From Eledone cirrhosa (lineage: Eukaryota), in the NCBI GenBank assembly GCA_964016885.1, contig OZ024740.1, forward strand, positions 277,946,001-278,010,000: a stretch of DNA of 64,000 bases, read 5' to 3'. Below the pieces are notes generated by a model, which was not told where the DNA came from, did not search any database, and saw only the letters and a program-made list of their open reading frames with translations. A program made the position numbers and the translations under genes. The first letter of the stretch is position 1, and each line of letters begins with the position of its first letter. Shown one piece after another: positions 42,387 to 56,929 of this stretch.

Positions 42387-45300
42387 TCAGATATTCAGGA
42401 CGTATCGGAGGGTTCTTGCTGTTCCAAGCAAGCATGCCTTTTGAAGCGTTCCAAAAAGCGTGAAGGGGCCGATTTTCTTTAACCATCCCTGGAAACTTTT
42501 GGAGATAGTCCCCAGTGCGCCTATGACAATCGGGATCACTTTGACTTCATGGCAGTTCCAGATCCTTTTCACCTCCCACTTTAGGTCCTGGTATCGGTTA
42601 ATTTTCTCCCTCTCCTTCTCTTGCACTCTCGTGTCGAACGGGCAGGCCACATCCACAATCAGACACGATCTTTTTTCTTTGTCCACAACCACCAGGTCAG
42701 GTCTATTGTGTTCCAGTTTTTTGTCCGTCTGTATCCTAAAATCCCACAGCACCTTCACCTGATTGTTCTCCATCACCGCCTCTGGCCTATGCTCATACCA
42801 TTTCTCAGAATGTGGTAAATTGTTTACTTTGCACAGGTGCCAGTGGATCACCCTGCCCATCACATCGTGTCTCCAGCCCTTATAGTGGGTCTGGGTTAGG
42901 TGTTTACACTCGGACACAATGTGAGCCTCAGTCTCCTCTCTCTCTCCACAGATCCTGCACAGTGGGCTAGCCTCCTCCTTGTAGATATGGTGCTTCAACC
43001 ACTTCGTTTTGAGGGCCTGCTCCTGCGCAGCCATTAGCATTCCTTCTGTAGCCTTTTTGAGGTCTCCTCTTCTCAACCAGTTCCATGTCTGTGGATCTCT
43101 AAATTCAGTTTTCTCAAAGAAGGTACTATGAAGGGATTTTCCCTTAAGGCTGCTCTTCCTCCTTGATGTTATTTTCTCCTTGGACATCCCCTGGCCTACT
43201 GTCCCCTCCTTCAGTACAGCTCTGAGCATTGGCTCCTTACTATAGGTCACGTATTTGTATAGGTTGTTTTTCTCCATCTGAACACAGTCCTCTATGCTGA
43301 TAAGACCTCTTCCACCCTCAGATCTCCTTAGGTAGCGTCTATCGACATCACTCCTCTTGTGGAACATGTTGTAGATAGTCAATAGCTTCCTAGTCTTCCT
43401 ATCCATTTCTTTTTGTTCCGCAACATTCCATCTCAGAATTCCCGCACTGTACCTAATAATAGACACAGCTCGGGAATTTACTGCGCTTATGGCATTTCTG
43501 CTGTTCAGATGTGACTTCAATACGCTCCTTACTCTCCGAATGTATTCAGTTCTTAACAATTCCTTCATTTTTTTGTTCTTTATGCCATCAGCCTCCAGAA
43601 CGCCCAAATACTTGTATCCTTCCTCAGAGTCAATTTCCTTTATCATCTCACCTGTTGGTATCTGGATCCCGTTACTTCTGCTCAACCTACCCCTCTTCAT
43701 CACAATGACTCCACATTTACCAATACCAAACTGCATACATATATCACTGCTGAAAATACGGACAGTGTCAACAAGCACATCCAACTCCTTCTCACTTTTC
43801 CCGAAGAGCTTAAGATCGTCCATGAAGAGGAGGTGATTGATGGTAAGCTCTCCCCTTCCCAACTTGTATCCTGCTCTCACCTTTCGCAGCATAATGGTCA
43901 AGGGCATCAGGGCAAGGACAAACAACAGAGGGGACAGGCTATCTCCCTGGAAGATACCTCTCTTGATCTTCACGCTTCCCAAGGATACTCCAGTTGATGT
44001 CAACTCTGTCTCCCAGGACCCCATACTCCTGCCTAGCAACTGTCTGATGTTATCTGCCACCTTGAAGATCTCCAGGCTTTTGGTGATCCAGGAATGGAGC
44101 ACCATGTCAAATGCCTTTCTGTAGTCTATCCATCCCATGGCAAGATCAGTGTGTCTCCTCCTGCAATTCCCCATTACCATCTTATCAATAAGTAACTGGT
44201 CCTTTGTACCACGTGACTTCTTTCGGCATCCTTTCTGTTCGTCCGGTAACAAGTTGTTTGTGTGGAGGTGATGGTAGATTTCCTCAGACACAATGCTCGT
44301 CAACAGTTTCCACATTACGGACAGACATGTGATAGGTCTATAGTTGGTAACATCATTACCCTTGATTCGGTCTTTCATTATCAGAACTGTGGTACCTTTT
44401 GTCAACCACTCTGGCACCTCACCCGACACCAAGCAGTCATTGAACATGGCCGTCAGCTTCGGGTGGAGGGATGTTAAATGTTTAATCCAATACCCCTGCA
44501 CACCATCTGGGCCTGGTGATTTCCAGTTGGTTAGTTTTTTGGCCTGCCCCTTAAGAGTTTCAACTGTGATACTCAACTCAGTTTGTTGTTGTGCCTGCTC
44601 ACCGATCTCCCTCTGTACTGTCTCAATCCACCCTGCCTGGGCATTGTGTCTAACATCCTGCTCCCATATTCCTCTCCAGAATGTTTTAGTTTGCTCCGCC
44701 CCAGGGATCAAGTCGTTGCCTCTTTCTTTCCCCTCAAGCTGTCCAAACAGCATCTTCTGTTTGTTGTCGAACATGCGGTTCTGTTTATACTGACTGACTC
44801 TGTTCTCGTATCGCCTGATTTTTGCACTCTTTGCTACAATGCGTTGCTTCAGTTCCTCTATGATAATATTTAGCTTTTTACTCCTAGTTTTGTATTTTAT
44901 TTCCAGTCTATTTTTAGTGCCTATGTTTTTTAGTGTCCCATTCAGTAGTGACTCAAGCTTTCCTATGTCATTTCTCATTTCCCCGATTTGCCCACTCAGT
45001 CGCTTCTTCCACCACGGCTCTGCTCTTTCTTGTCTGTTGTTTCCTCTCGCTTTTATACCAAGTAGTTTCCTCACCGTATTTGCTGTTGCTTTGAGGATAT
45101 TGTTGCACTGGTGAAGGCTCCTCGCCTCAAGGTATGGGATGACTTTGTTTACCTTAGCTGTTGTTTCTTTTAACTTTTTCCTGTCTACAAATCTTAGGTT
45201 CATAGGTCTCCCACTATCATTGTTCAATTCATCTACCACTAAATTTAGGATGTCAACCGAATCTTGTCCTAGCCCGTCAGCATTCATCTCCTCAGTGGCC

Positions 45301-45436
45301 GTATCTCTGTTCCAGGTATTATTTATCTCAGTATTCAGATCATTGTCTGCTTCGGGTGGTTCCTCCGTTCTCAGGACCTCTTCACCTTCATTTCCCACTG
45401 GCTCGCTTGTCTGGCATACTACACCCGCCATCTCCA

Positions 45437-45437
<1 letters not shown>
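42387..45437 (-). CDS. R4/Dong-clade RT-RLE ORF, uninterrupted 1016 aa, 5'-truncated
   Basis: [88 protein letters not shown]. The 5' end is truncated at (TAA)n and the 3' UTR runs to ~42312. The annotated start is not the native ATG. Confidence 0.93.
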
Positions 45438-45491
<54 letters not shown>

Positions 45492-45544
45492 GTATGCGTG
45501 TGTTTGTGTGTGTGTGTGTATGTTTATGTGTATGCGTATGTATG

Positions 45545-45682
45545 TACATGTATTTTACACATTCCTTTGTTATATTTCGAATACCTGATGATATCACCAG
45601 ATTCATATGGAACCCAGTCATTCAAATGATCATAGTATAATAAAACTTTCAAGGATTTACACCAGTCCAGCCTCCTGTTATT
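45545..45682 (+). repeat. pLTR-like repeat with hammerhead; copy at 55215-55345
   Basis: atac-CTGATGA-...-CAAA-TGATCA-TA-gtat at 45581-45638, and tac-CTGATGA-...-GAAA-TGTTCA-TA-gta at 55245-55300. Confidence 0.65.
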
Positions 45683-45826
45683 TTTATATATAATTAACTC
45701 CGTAATCGCACCACCAACTACACAAACGAAGACGGGTGAACTGCTCTACGTTGAGTATTCTCCACAATATTACACCAAGATTGAACATACCGAATTCTAT
45801 CCAGTCGTGAACAAACAAACCTGAAG

Positions 45827-45888
<62 letters not shown>

Positions 45889-46350
45889 GTATATATATGT
45901 GCATGCATGTGTGTGTATGTATGTGTATATATATATATATGTGTGTGTATGTGTATATATATATATATATATGTATGTAGATAGGTGTGTGTGTGTGTAT
46001 GTAATATATATGGACTGTAAATATATTTACATATAGGGAAGTGAATAGGTGAGCTAGCATATCCCCCACACTTCCCCTCCCAAACCAATATCAACAACAT
46101 ACATTTCTGACAAATATTCCCAAACTATCCTTATTCTTTTCTTTACTGTCATCCCATTCTTATCAAAAGACATGTATCTTACACCTCATTAACCCCACCC
46201 CACCACACTACACCACCACCACCACCACCACAAGCCACATACCTAAATTCATCTTTGATATAGAAATGTGTAGAAGATATTCTTTATTAATTTAAGAGAG
46301 TTGTTTCAGCTATAAGAAATGAATTTGAAAAACATCCTGCCATTATAGTT

Positions 46351-46528
46351 GATTGGCAGTATCGGTAGAGGGTCGGACGCCATGCTTTGACGCATAGAGT
46401 TATGGTCCTTGCCATTCTGAGTTCAAATCCCGCCGAGGTTAACTTTGCCTTTCATCCTTACGGGGTCGATAAAATAAAGTACCAGTAATGCACTGGTGAT
46501 TTGCTGGCCTTGTGCCAAAAGTAGAAAC
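46351..46528 (+). mobile_element. tRNA-derived SINE; further copies at 51350-51532 (+), 56399-56492 (-, partial), 57417-57541 (-, diverged)
   Basis: Same A/B box head and body as the other copies. Confidence 0.85.
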
Positions 46529-47199
46529 AATTATATTCATCAAAGGTCATTTATTGAAATGAAAGCAGCAGGAGAGGATTTTTACAACGACTTTCTTAAA
46601 CACCCTTATCTTGCTGTCAAACTTCACCATTTTCTGTGTGTATGTGTGTGTGTGTGTGTGTGTGCTTTAATTCCTTTAAATCTTCAACACTCCTTCACTC
46701 CCACACTCATTAACACCACACCCCACACCCCAGACACAGCCAAATCTCTCTTATATAGAGAGTCACACACCGCAACACAACCTGATCTCAGTTTGACAAT
46801 TGCCACCGATAAATGCAAGAAAGTTCTCCAAGAAAGTTAACCAGGAATCTTTAAAATTCTTCCCACCGAAGTTAACAAAGAACTTACTAGATCTTACAAA
46901 GAACTTACTAGATTTCTTACAATGACCCAAATAGAACTGTAACGCCGCCAAACATAACCGGACCCTTAGAAACGAACATAGAAGAGGTCACCACACCTAG
47001 AATAAATAATAACCTAAGACCCTCTGTAGCCGGCAGGGCAGGCAGCGTCACACACAACTGTCAAGGAGATAAAGCTATACTCTCCAACCCTAATAAGGAC
47101 TCCGACTATCGCACACGTTTACGTAGTAATAGAGACAACAGACATAACGCCAATAGATTACTAGGAACCCCTATGACACAAACGCACCCAAACTCCCAC

Positions 47200-48018
47200 C
47201 TAACCACAAAAACATCACTAAACACCGTAGAGCCCGAAGTAGACCTGTCACATGGTACAACGCCCCGTATTCTATACACGTTGCCACCAATATACCGGGA
47301 ACCTTCTTCAGGGATCTTGAACAATCTTTTCCACACACTCATAAATACCACAAGCTCTTCAATAGGCACTCTGTAAAATTCTCTTTCTCCACAGTACCAA
47401 ATCTAGGCCACACAATAGCGCACACTAATAGGACAAAATACGCAAATACAGGGTTGCCCCACAACAAACCACTACCACAACCCAGAACGAAACCATATAC
47501 ACAACACAACACAACAACCCACATGCCAGCTCCACAAAGCACGCCACCAACCGGCAACGCCCAATTGCAACTGCAAAAAACCGACTGAATGCCCATTAAA
47601 CGCGAAGTGCCTCTATAAAAATATTGTTTACCGGTGTGATATCACAGCCGGCAATAAAGAGTACTCATATAGATGTGCGACCTCCACTACGTTTAAGGAG
47701 CGCTAGTATAACCATAGAAGCTCCTTTAAACACAGGCTGAAACGATCCCAAACCAGACTGGCCGATTTTATCTGGGACCTCAAGGACAGGAACATCGAAT
47801 CCCAGATAACGTGGTCAGTCAAAAGACGCGTGGCGCAACTCCCCAGTGACAGAAACCACTGCACGTTATGCCTGGCCGAGGCGGCAGAAATAATTAAATT
47901 AACATCTGCCATAAACTATAGGTCGGACATAATTATCAATTGCAGACACACCAGGCTGAACACATTTTCTGCACAAACATTCGGCGGAGCGCCGCGCACT
48001 AACCATGACCCAACATAA
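47200..48018 (+). pseudogene. Naiad-type PLE 3' fragment (linker + GIY-YIG)
   Basis: VTWYNAPYS...FPHTHKYHKLFNRHSVK, CNCKKPTECPLNAKCLYKNIVY, FKER*YNH, LADFIWDLK, CTLCLAE, INCRH. Confidence 0.85.
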
Positions 48019-48094
48019 TAATAACCAGCTTTGCCCCGCTCACCATCCCTCATCTCAGTGAATTTATTTTATTTTATTGCATGTTACTCCCACA

Positions 48095-48350
48095 CCACAG
48101 CCTATCCCAGCCAGCGACCGTCACCAACATTTTATCATCACATCCACTCCCACATACACTACAGGTGAAAGTCAATCCCCCCCCCCACCACAGCCCATCC
48201 CAGCCAGCGACCGTCACCAACATCTTATCATCACATCCACCCCCACATACACTACAGGTGAAAGTCAATCCACCCCCATACCACAGCCCATCCCAGCCAG
48301 CGACCGTCACCAACATCTTATCATCACATCCACCCCCACATACACTACAG
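48095..48350 (+). repeat. 93-bp tandem repeat, ~2.8 copies, in the PLE 3' UTR
   Basis: ccacagcc starts at 48095, 48188 and 48281. Confidence 0.9.
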
Positions 48351-48462
48351 ACGAATACATCCCTATGATCTATTCCACCAACCAAAACAATTCATATTGA
48401 CCAACACATGAACTTCTGACTTTATCATATAGATTGTATTCATTTTCTTATAGCATTTTAAA

Positions 48463-48549
48463 GGGTCCGTCGAGCTGCCGATTATAGAGTCGGGTAAGAT
48501 CGATACAGATCGAACCTTGAGCTGATCAGTGGCGAAACGCGCGTCACCT
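48463..48549 (+). ncRNA. Degenerate hammerhead in Naiad pLTR
   Basis: gggt-CCGTCGA-gctgc...gtggc-GAAA-CGCGCG-TC-acct. Confidence 0.5.
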
Positions 48550-48729
48550 ACCAATAAATGTAATGAAGGAGTAACAAATCGTCCTTGTATACTTTCAATA
48601 TATTACACTCTGTATAGCTCTACACCTCAACACAGAGTGAAACTAAACATCGAGTGCTCACACGGGTGAACCTGCAGTAACTCCAAGTTACATTCCCTAT
48701 ATATATATATATAATTATATGTTCTTGTA

Positions 48730-49195
48730 CATATTTTCAATAGTAATACTGTACTAGATATTTTCAACAGTAATACTATACTATATATTTTCAACAGTAA
48801 TACCATACTATATATTTTCAACAGTAATACTATACTATACTATATATTTTCAACACTAATACTATACTATATATTTTCAACACTAATACTATACTATATG
48901 TTTTCAACAGTAATATTATACTATATATTTTCAACACTAATACTATACTATATATTTCCAACAGTAATACTATACTATATATTTCCAACAGTAATACTGT
49001 ACTGTACTATATATTTTCAACAGTAATACTATGCTATATATTTTCAACAATAATACCGTACTATATATTTTCAACAGTAATACTGTACTGTACTATATAT
49101 TTGCAACCGTAATACTGTACTATATATTTTAAACAGTAATATTATACTATATATTTTCAACGGTAATGCTATACTATATATTTTCAACAGTAAAA
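48730..49195. repeat. 27-bp minisatellite (TTTTCAACAGTAATACTATACTATATA), about 16-17 copies
   Basis: Tandem units seen directly; some carry an extra 5-bp TACTA/TACTG. Confidence 0.9.
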
Positions 49196-50009
49196 TATAT
49201 ATTCCCATTTTGCATACATTATAATATAAATCAACTATTACTTTCGATATTGTGTCTTCTCTTGTTGCTTATGATAATGTTGTTGGTTTTGTTTTTTTGT
49301 TATTGCTGTGGTTTGTTGTTTTTGTTCTTGTTGCTTTTGCTTTTGTTATCGAGCAGATCAAATGCATCCGGTGTGCAGAAAATCCAGGTTCATATTATCT
49401 AGCAAAAGTGTATGTATGTGGTTTGAGCGAAATTACGCTGCTATTTCTAACATTTCAAATTACTGTGTTGAACCATATTCATTGGCACCCTATATTTCGT
49501 CTTATTTATTGGTTGAATTCGTGACATTGTTACACAGCCTCATTAAGAAAAATAATATATATTTTTAAATAAATGTATAGCTATATAAATGAAGCGGTTG
49601 GCTTCAGAATTATTAACATTTTGAAATATAATTACATATATTTAATGAATTATGTTCCTTAATGTATATATAATATTGATAAGATTGTAGAAAGATGTTG
49701 CTTATAAATGTCTTATGTCATATATTGTTAAATCTGCAGGAATATGTCACTTGTGTGCTAATGATCTAGCCGAAAATCCATATAGTGCGTAGAGCATGCA
49801 GTTTATAATTGATGTGGTCTATAAATGATTTAGATTATTCATTATATATAGTATATTGACAATATAAAATGTATTTTAACACAAGTATTTCCTAAATATG
49901 TTTTCAGAAAAGGTAATTTATCTGTTACACGAAAATTACAAACATAAAACATATACCTTCTTACAGATTAACTTCATCAGAATCAAACAAACGTAAATAC
50001 ACATACCGG

Positions 50010-50079
<70 letters not shown>

Positions 50080-50111
50080 TCATATATATACATATATATA
50101 CATATATATAC

Positions 50112-50155
<44 letters not shown>

Positions 50156-50245
50156 GTATAAATAAATAAATAAATATATAGACAGACTGAACAAAAAAAA
50201 TGGCGTAGACATACAACACAACAGGAGGAACAATGAATATAACAC

Positions 50246-50283
50246 CACTGACGATGTTGCAGATGTGCAACGAAAGATTTATG
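50246..50283 (+). ncRNA. Minimal hammerhead candidate; relative at 61736-61773
   Basis: ca-CTGACGA-t-gttgca gatg tgcaac-GAAA-GATT-TA-tg. Stem II is perfect but stem I is only 2 bp. Confidence 0.5.
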
Positions 50284-50550
50284 TAAACTATATATATATG
50301 TGTTTGTCTATATTGTATCTGTATTATTTTTGACCGCCGGTCAGTCAATGGCAACATTGAGGACCGAGTAAGTTAGATCGCAGATATATATATATAAAAG
50401 ACAGCGAGAAGCGAAAACCAACCAAACAGTGAGTGTGTTCTGTTATTAATTCTGGCAATATTACGCAAATATGACCCTCCCCAAATATAACAATATCTGT
50501 TTCGACACACGATTTCATATAAAAAACCTCGCAAAACTAATTCATCGCCG

Positions 50551-50617
<67 letters not shown>

Positions 50618-52014
50618 TATATATACATATATATATATATATGCGTTTGCAGTGCCTGTCTTAGAGCATACATTGTGTTTATGGTTTTTTAATGTATACA
50701 ATATCATATGTATATTATGTATACAATATATACAATATATACAATGTATACAATACATACAATGTATACAATATATAGAATGTATACAATATCATAACGA
50801 TATCATAAAAGATCTGCGTTTTAATAATTCAATAGTATATTCTGAAAATTACATGAAATAGAAAAATCAAAATAGAAAAATCAAATGCTAACTGACAACC
50901 TAGTGACAAAGTCTCTTCCAATTATATATGATACTTTATTTACCAAGTATCAGATATTTGGAAAATAGGTAATGAGTCAGCTTCAATTAACTTCATTTAA
51001 TCAGGCATTCATCTTTTTCTGCAGCCGTCAATGCTAATCCTCAGTTCATGGCTTTTTTAATGGTAGAGATGATTATGGCAAAACATATTCCAGATATATC
51101 GTACCATCTTAGCAAAGAGCCTTTCATGTGATATCTTCGAATTGCCCAGTTTTTAATAAGACATAAACTGCTGGTACTTGTTTGTTTTTGAGATGTCTGT
51201 CATATTTTCAAAGACATAACATTCTTATGATATCAGTCTTGAAGATTGTCCACGTAATTTTTATTTTCTAGCTACTAAGATTCCAATCCATTATATAGAT
51301 TATAATCCATTATATAATCCACTATATAATCCATTATATAGAATATAAAGGCGGTGGATTGGCAGTATCGGTAGAGGGTCGGACGCCATGCTTTCCAGCA
51401 TAGTTACGTCCCTTTACGATCTGAGTTCAAATCCCGCCGGGGTTGACTTTGCCTTTCATCCTTACGGGGTCGATAAAATAAAGTACCAGTCATGCACTGG
51501 GTAATTGCTGGCCTTGTGCCTAAAGTAGAAACAATTATATAGATTGTTGCATATCGTTCAATGAAATGCCTATTCGGAGACAGATGTTATCCAGCTAAAT
51601 ACCTGTCGACTGCGATGGTATATAATTGCTGACGTATTTTCACGCTAAAAGAATCTAATAGCATTCCTTTTATATTCATATGTACCACAAGTAAAGTAAT
51701 GAAATGTATATGTTTGATTCCATAGAACATTATATTATTATGCAGCGAATTGGCAGAGTCTTACAAAGGTCGGATAGAATGCTTAACGGTATTCCTTTCA
51801 GCTCTCTGGTTTCTAGTGTTCAAATCCCACCGAGGTCAACATTGCTTTTCATCATTTTGAGGTCGATAAAAAAAAGCACCAGTGTACTACTGAGGTCGAT
51901 TATGCCTCCATATCGCTTTCTCAATTCTTCTCTCACCCCTTCTATCCTACTCTGGAAAACATCTGCTGTATTCAGGCCTGGAGATGGATGAGCTCTGCCA
52001 GGTTTACAAAAATA

Positions 52015-52080
<66 letters not shown>

Positions 52081-52082
<2 letters not shown>

Positions 52083-52710
52083 TCATCATCATCATCATCG
52101 TTTAACGTCCATCTTCCACGCTTGCATGGGTTTGGACGGGAGTTTTCCCATTTGAGGCAAGAGTGGTTGTCTTGCTCGCATAGGACTGTCTGGCGGGTTT
52201 TCTACGGTGGGTTGCCATTCCTAACACCAACCACGTTTACAGTGTGGACTGGGAGGTTTTTACCGTGTTACCTACACGGTCACATTACAGCTTGGACTGT
52301 GTGTTATTTTTGTCGTGACACCTACACGACCCCATTTATTTCGGACTGGATGTTGTGGTACCAACATAACTTTGCATTGAAAGGGGTGTTGTGGATGGAG
52401 TGAAGGTAGTGGGACGGGAGTGTATTTTTGTTAGAGGTGCCTATTGACTGTAGTAGGTTTCACTTTGTACTTAGGTAAGGCGGGTCTTCTGTATTACTGT
52501 GTAGCGCCAAAGATCTCAGTCCAGTGACATTGTCTTGGAGAGGTGTAAGTGTGTGAGGTCGGAATTTATCAAGTCGTCCCAGGTTTTTCTGGGTCTGCCT
52601 ACTCCTTGGCTACCGTCTATTTTTATTACCCTGCACTTTTTTATACAGCTGTCGTCTTTCATGCGCATCACGTGACCATACCAACGTAGTCTTCTCTCGA
52701 GTAAACAACA

Positions 52711-52714
<4 letters not shown>
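52081..52714 (-). mobile_element. RTE-clade LINE 3' fragment
   Basis: [12 protein letters not shown]...GRPRKTW...DL, with a 3' UTR ending ccgtccaaacccatgcaagcgtggaagatggacgttaaac(GAT)n. Confidence 0.85.
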
Positions 52715-52771
<57 letters not shown>

Positions 52772-52779
52772 ACATACAT

Positions 52780-52836
<57 letters not shown>

Positions 52837-52838
<2 letters not shown>

Positions 52839-53047
52839 CGCATGGCTTAGTGGTTAGCGTGTCGTGCTTACAATCTGTAGGTTTACCTCCGAGGCACAAG
52901 CCTGGGCAAGGTTTTTTGTGGAAGACCAGTAGTCGCCCATGTATACCAGTCACCGATGTTGTCGAAAGGAAAAGCAATTACCGATACAGCTTGGCACTAG
53001 TGACGTCGCAACTCATTTCTACATAAGTTGGAACAACGTGAAATAAA

Positions 53048-53048
<1 letters not shown>
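52837..53048 (+). mobile_element. Second SINE family (tRNA-like head), internally deleted or rearranged
   Basis: Begins GGCGCATGGCTTAGTGGTTAGCGTGTC (A-box-like) and is bounded by (TA)n. Confidence 0.55.
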
Positions 53049-53108
<60 letters not shown>

Positions 53109-53236
53109 GTAGCGGACTGGGTCTAAAGATATTGGTTCACAGGAGATGAAGGGGGCCCACCTACATATAGAATGCTATATGTATTCTGCGAAATCCAGAG
53201 ACTTTCAATAATGACTTTTAGTCTTTCACATTCATT

Positions 53237-53270
<34 letters not shown>

Positions 53271-53463
53271 CGCAGGAAGTGTGGTAAGGAACCAGGTGAA
53301 CCATAACGCACCAAAGTACTCAATACTTGAGGTAGTAGAGTGGGTAATAGGAACCAGTAAGACCCCGACAGCTGAGCTCAAGCCGTTTCGACGGCTAATT
53401 CTGGACGAGTCCAGAATTAGCCGTCGAACCGGCTTGAGCTCAGCTGTCGGGGTCTTACTGGTT

Positions 53464-53498
<35 letters not shown>

Positions 53499-53792
53499 GT
53501 AAGTCCAAAGAATCATTAGATAAAATATATACAGTATTTCCTCTCCCAATCAGTATTAAATAACCACATAAAAAATCATTTAAACGAGACTATAAGTTTT
53601 AAATGCACTTATAGAAGAAATAATAGACAAATGATACAGATTATTTTTCGCGATGTACAGCCATATGACACTTACCTAATTATTTCTTCTAGCCTGTAGA
53701 ATTGACTAGACAAATAGTTAACTACACGGAATTAGGTACAAAATAGAAGTTTGAAGAAAAAATGCACATAAATTTTACCAGAATTCTCATAG

Positions 53793-53876
53793 TCTCTACC
53801 AACCGGTGGTTTCGTTCCACGTTTTGGATATACTCGGTCTTGGATAAATCCACGAGGCTTGTAACTCATCAGGAAA
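53793..53876 (-). ncRNA. Type I hammerhead in fold-back element 53495-54390
   Basis: tttc-CTGATGA-gtt...aac-GAA-ACCA ccggt TGGT-A-gaga. Host element arms are 53500-53660 / 54125-54260. Confidence 0.65.
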
Positions 53877-54459
53877 TACTCCAGACTGGACTAAGTTTCT
53901 TCTACAATGATCCAGAAACGAATTCAAGATGGCTAAGAACCATCACGTGGCCAGTGTTCAAGGTAGAAAGTTTGTGATTGGTGCCTGTCGGTGAGTAGGC
54001 TGGTTGCTAGAAAGCGCAGCCGAATACTGACTAAAGTTTTACTCAACCTGACGGGAGTATATATTAAATTCAAAGGGTATATATATATAATTAGACATAG
54101 TCACAGATACATATATAAGATGGATGTACATCGCGGAAAATAATCTGTATCATTTGTCTATTATTTAAGTACATTTTAAACTTATAGCCTCATTTAAATG
54201 ATTTTTTATGTGGTTAATTTATACTGTATATATTTTATCTAATGATTCTTTGGACTTGCATCTTTATATATATCTCTGATTAATAATTATTTAATTAATT
54301 CTTCATTGAGCCACGCCGTGAATGGTTGCCAAACTCATATATGTATCTGTGACTATGTCTAATTATATATATACCCTCTGAATTTATATTTATATATATA
54401 TATATATAAGCAGAAGGGATATTCAATTTGTTGGTAATTCAACAAATATAAATGTTTCG

Positions 54460-54520
54460 TATTTTCTCTGATGATAGCGTACCAACATTTTGATACCCTT
54501 GAAATATATATAATAGAATA
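54460..54520 (+). ncRNA. Hammerhead related to the 9221/62746 family
   Basis: tattttct-CTGATGA-tagcgtacc..gataccctt-GAAA-TATATA-TA-atagaata. Confidence 0.55.
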
Positions 54521-54565
54521 AATGTGGTTTTATAAATTAGGTTTCCATTTATTTAATGTCATTGC

Positions 54566-54667
<102 letters not shown>

Positions 54668-54797
54668 GGGTGAGTGTATATGTGTGCATGTACATGTGTA
54701 TATATATAGAGATGTATATATATGTATACATAAAATGCTTTCAACTTGTACGAAAATCCCTAGGGATCTAATTGACGTTGTATATTGTATATATATA

Positions 54798-54842
<45 letters not shown>

Positions 54843-55354
54843 ATATATGTATGTGTGTATGTATATATATATGATGGCTGCAAACTCTGCCAAGAGTTTT
54901 GCAATCGCTTGTCAGATTATAGAGTTTGGTGCGCCCAGCCACACGAACCTATAACATATCCTGAACAAGCAATGCCTGTGCTTTGAATGTTTTTTAAGTG
55001 GGGAAAGGCCTTGCACTCGACCAATCCCACTCTCAGCATCGAAATCAATACCCGAAAAGGAGAACTGGTCAACATCAGCGGATGCTTCCGAAGCCGCAGG
55101 CTTTTTTTCAGTTTCTCCCCTTACATATATAGGCGGACAACCGGACTGGCAACTGCTAATATTTTGGCCACCTTCTCATCTTGGGCATCACTCTGCTTTT
55201 TAGCCCCTTATGTGTCTATTATATTCCTTTGTTAAATTTCTGATTACCTGATGATGTCACCGGATTCATACTGAACCTGATCATTGAAATGTTCATAGTA
55301 TAATAAACCTTTAAGGAATTACACCAGTCCAGCTTCCTGTTAGTTTATAATAAA

Positions 55355-55643
55355 CTGGCAGAATGGCCCGGCGTTGCTCGGGATTTGCTCTAGGGTTCAT
55401 ATATATTTGATATATATTTATCCTTATCGAGCTTCGTGAAATAAATATGTTTGTTTATATTTTGTTATTGTGTATGCAAAAATATCTCTACACAAATAAA
55501 TAATTATATATATATTAAAATAACAGATTAAAGTTTAAGCAAAGAATCACTGCTTTCACCAATAACAGGATCTTCTGAAGCTAAAATAAAAAAAATCAAT
55601 CTGTGAACGCAGAAGTAAATATTTCGAACAGCGTTACACACAC

Positions 55644-55674
<31 letters not shown>

Positions 55675-55690
55675 TATATATATACATATG

Positions 55691-55761
<71 letters not shown>

Positions 55762-56010
55762 CTACGTCATAATGTCGTAATGCAGACAGCCAGGCATACA
55801 GACAGATATTGTAAGGGCGCAAAGTTATATCTATGTAGCTATCTCAAAAGAGACAGACTAAGAGAGAGAGAGAGATCGCTAAATCGCCTAATGCGCTCAA
55901 AACACTCACACGACCAAAAGTATTACATGTGCAAAGTTTAACAACAATCGGTTGAGTGGTTCTCGAGATTTAGTGATTGGACAGACAGACATTCTCTGTT
56001 TTAGATATAT
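55355..56010 (-). mobile_element. Non-autonomous Helitron-like element
   Basis: Minus-strand 5' region TC/TATATA..AGAGAATGTCTGTCTGTC...ACTCAACCGATT. The 3' hairpin CCCGAGCAACGCCGGG is followed after ~8 nt by CCAG|T, a CTAG-like end. Confidence 0.65.
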
Positions 56011-56015
56011 ATATA

Positions 56016-56081
<66 letters not shown>

Positions 56082-56108
56082 GTGCGTATGTGTATATATA
56101 TATATATG

Positions 56109-56139
<31 letters not shown>

Positions 56140-56247
56140 ATGTGTATATATATGTGTATATATATGTGTATATATATATATGTGTATATATACATGTGTG
56201 TGTGTGTGCATCTATGTGTGTATGAGTGTATATATGTGGTTGATGTG

Positions 56248-56289
<42 letters not shown>

Positions 56290-56624
56290 ATTGTATATAT
56301 GGATGAACGTATAGATGCGCGCATGTGGTTTTATGCGTGTGTGCATGTATATTTATATGTGTGTATGTATATATATCTTCCATTATAATGTTATTTTTGT
56401 TTCTACTTTTGGCACAAGGCCAGCAATTACCCAGTGCATTACTGGTACTTTATTTTATCGACCCCGTAAGGATGAAAGGCAAAGTCAAAACTTTTATTTC
56501 GGCTAGTGTCTTGAAACCTTTGGTAATGGAATAGTTATATTGTGTTGTTTATTATGTAATTAAATAGCACTGTACACTACATAGAGCGCTTTTCGTGCCT
56601 TTACCTTTTCCACGGAAATACTTA

Positions 56625-56685
<61 letters not shown>

Positions 56686-56891
56686 ACCGAGTAGGACCCC
56701 GACGGCTGAGCTCAAGCCGTTTCGACGGCTAATTCTGGACTAAAAGGTCCATTTTAGTCCAGAATTAGCCGTCGAAACGGCTTGAGCTCAGCCGTCGGGG
56801 TCCTACTCGTTCCTATTACCCACTCTACTACCCTAAGTATTGAGGACTTTGGTGCGTATGGTCCATCTGGTTCTTTACCACATTTACTTCG

Positions 56892-56929
<38 letters not shown>

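Noticed and set aside
48730-49195. CRISPR-like array
   Set aside because: These are head-to-tail 27-bp units without unique spacers, in a eukaryotic context with no cas genes.
51010-51130. Possible host exon after ttcatctttttctgcag, and a micro-exon at ~49907
   Set aside because: Only splice-site-like words are present. The peptides are short and unrecognisable and there are no supporting neighbouring exons.
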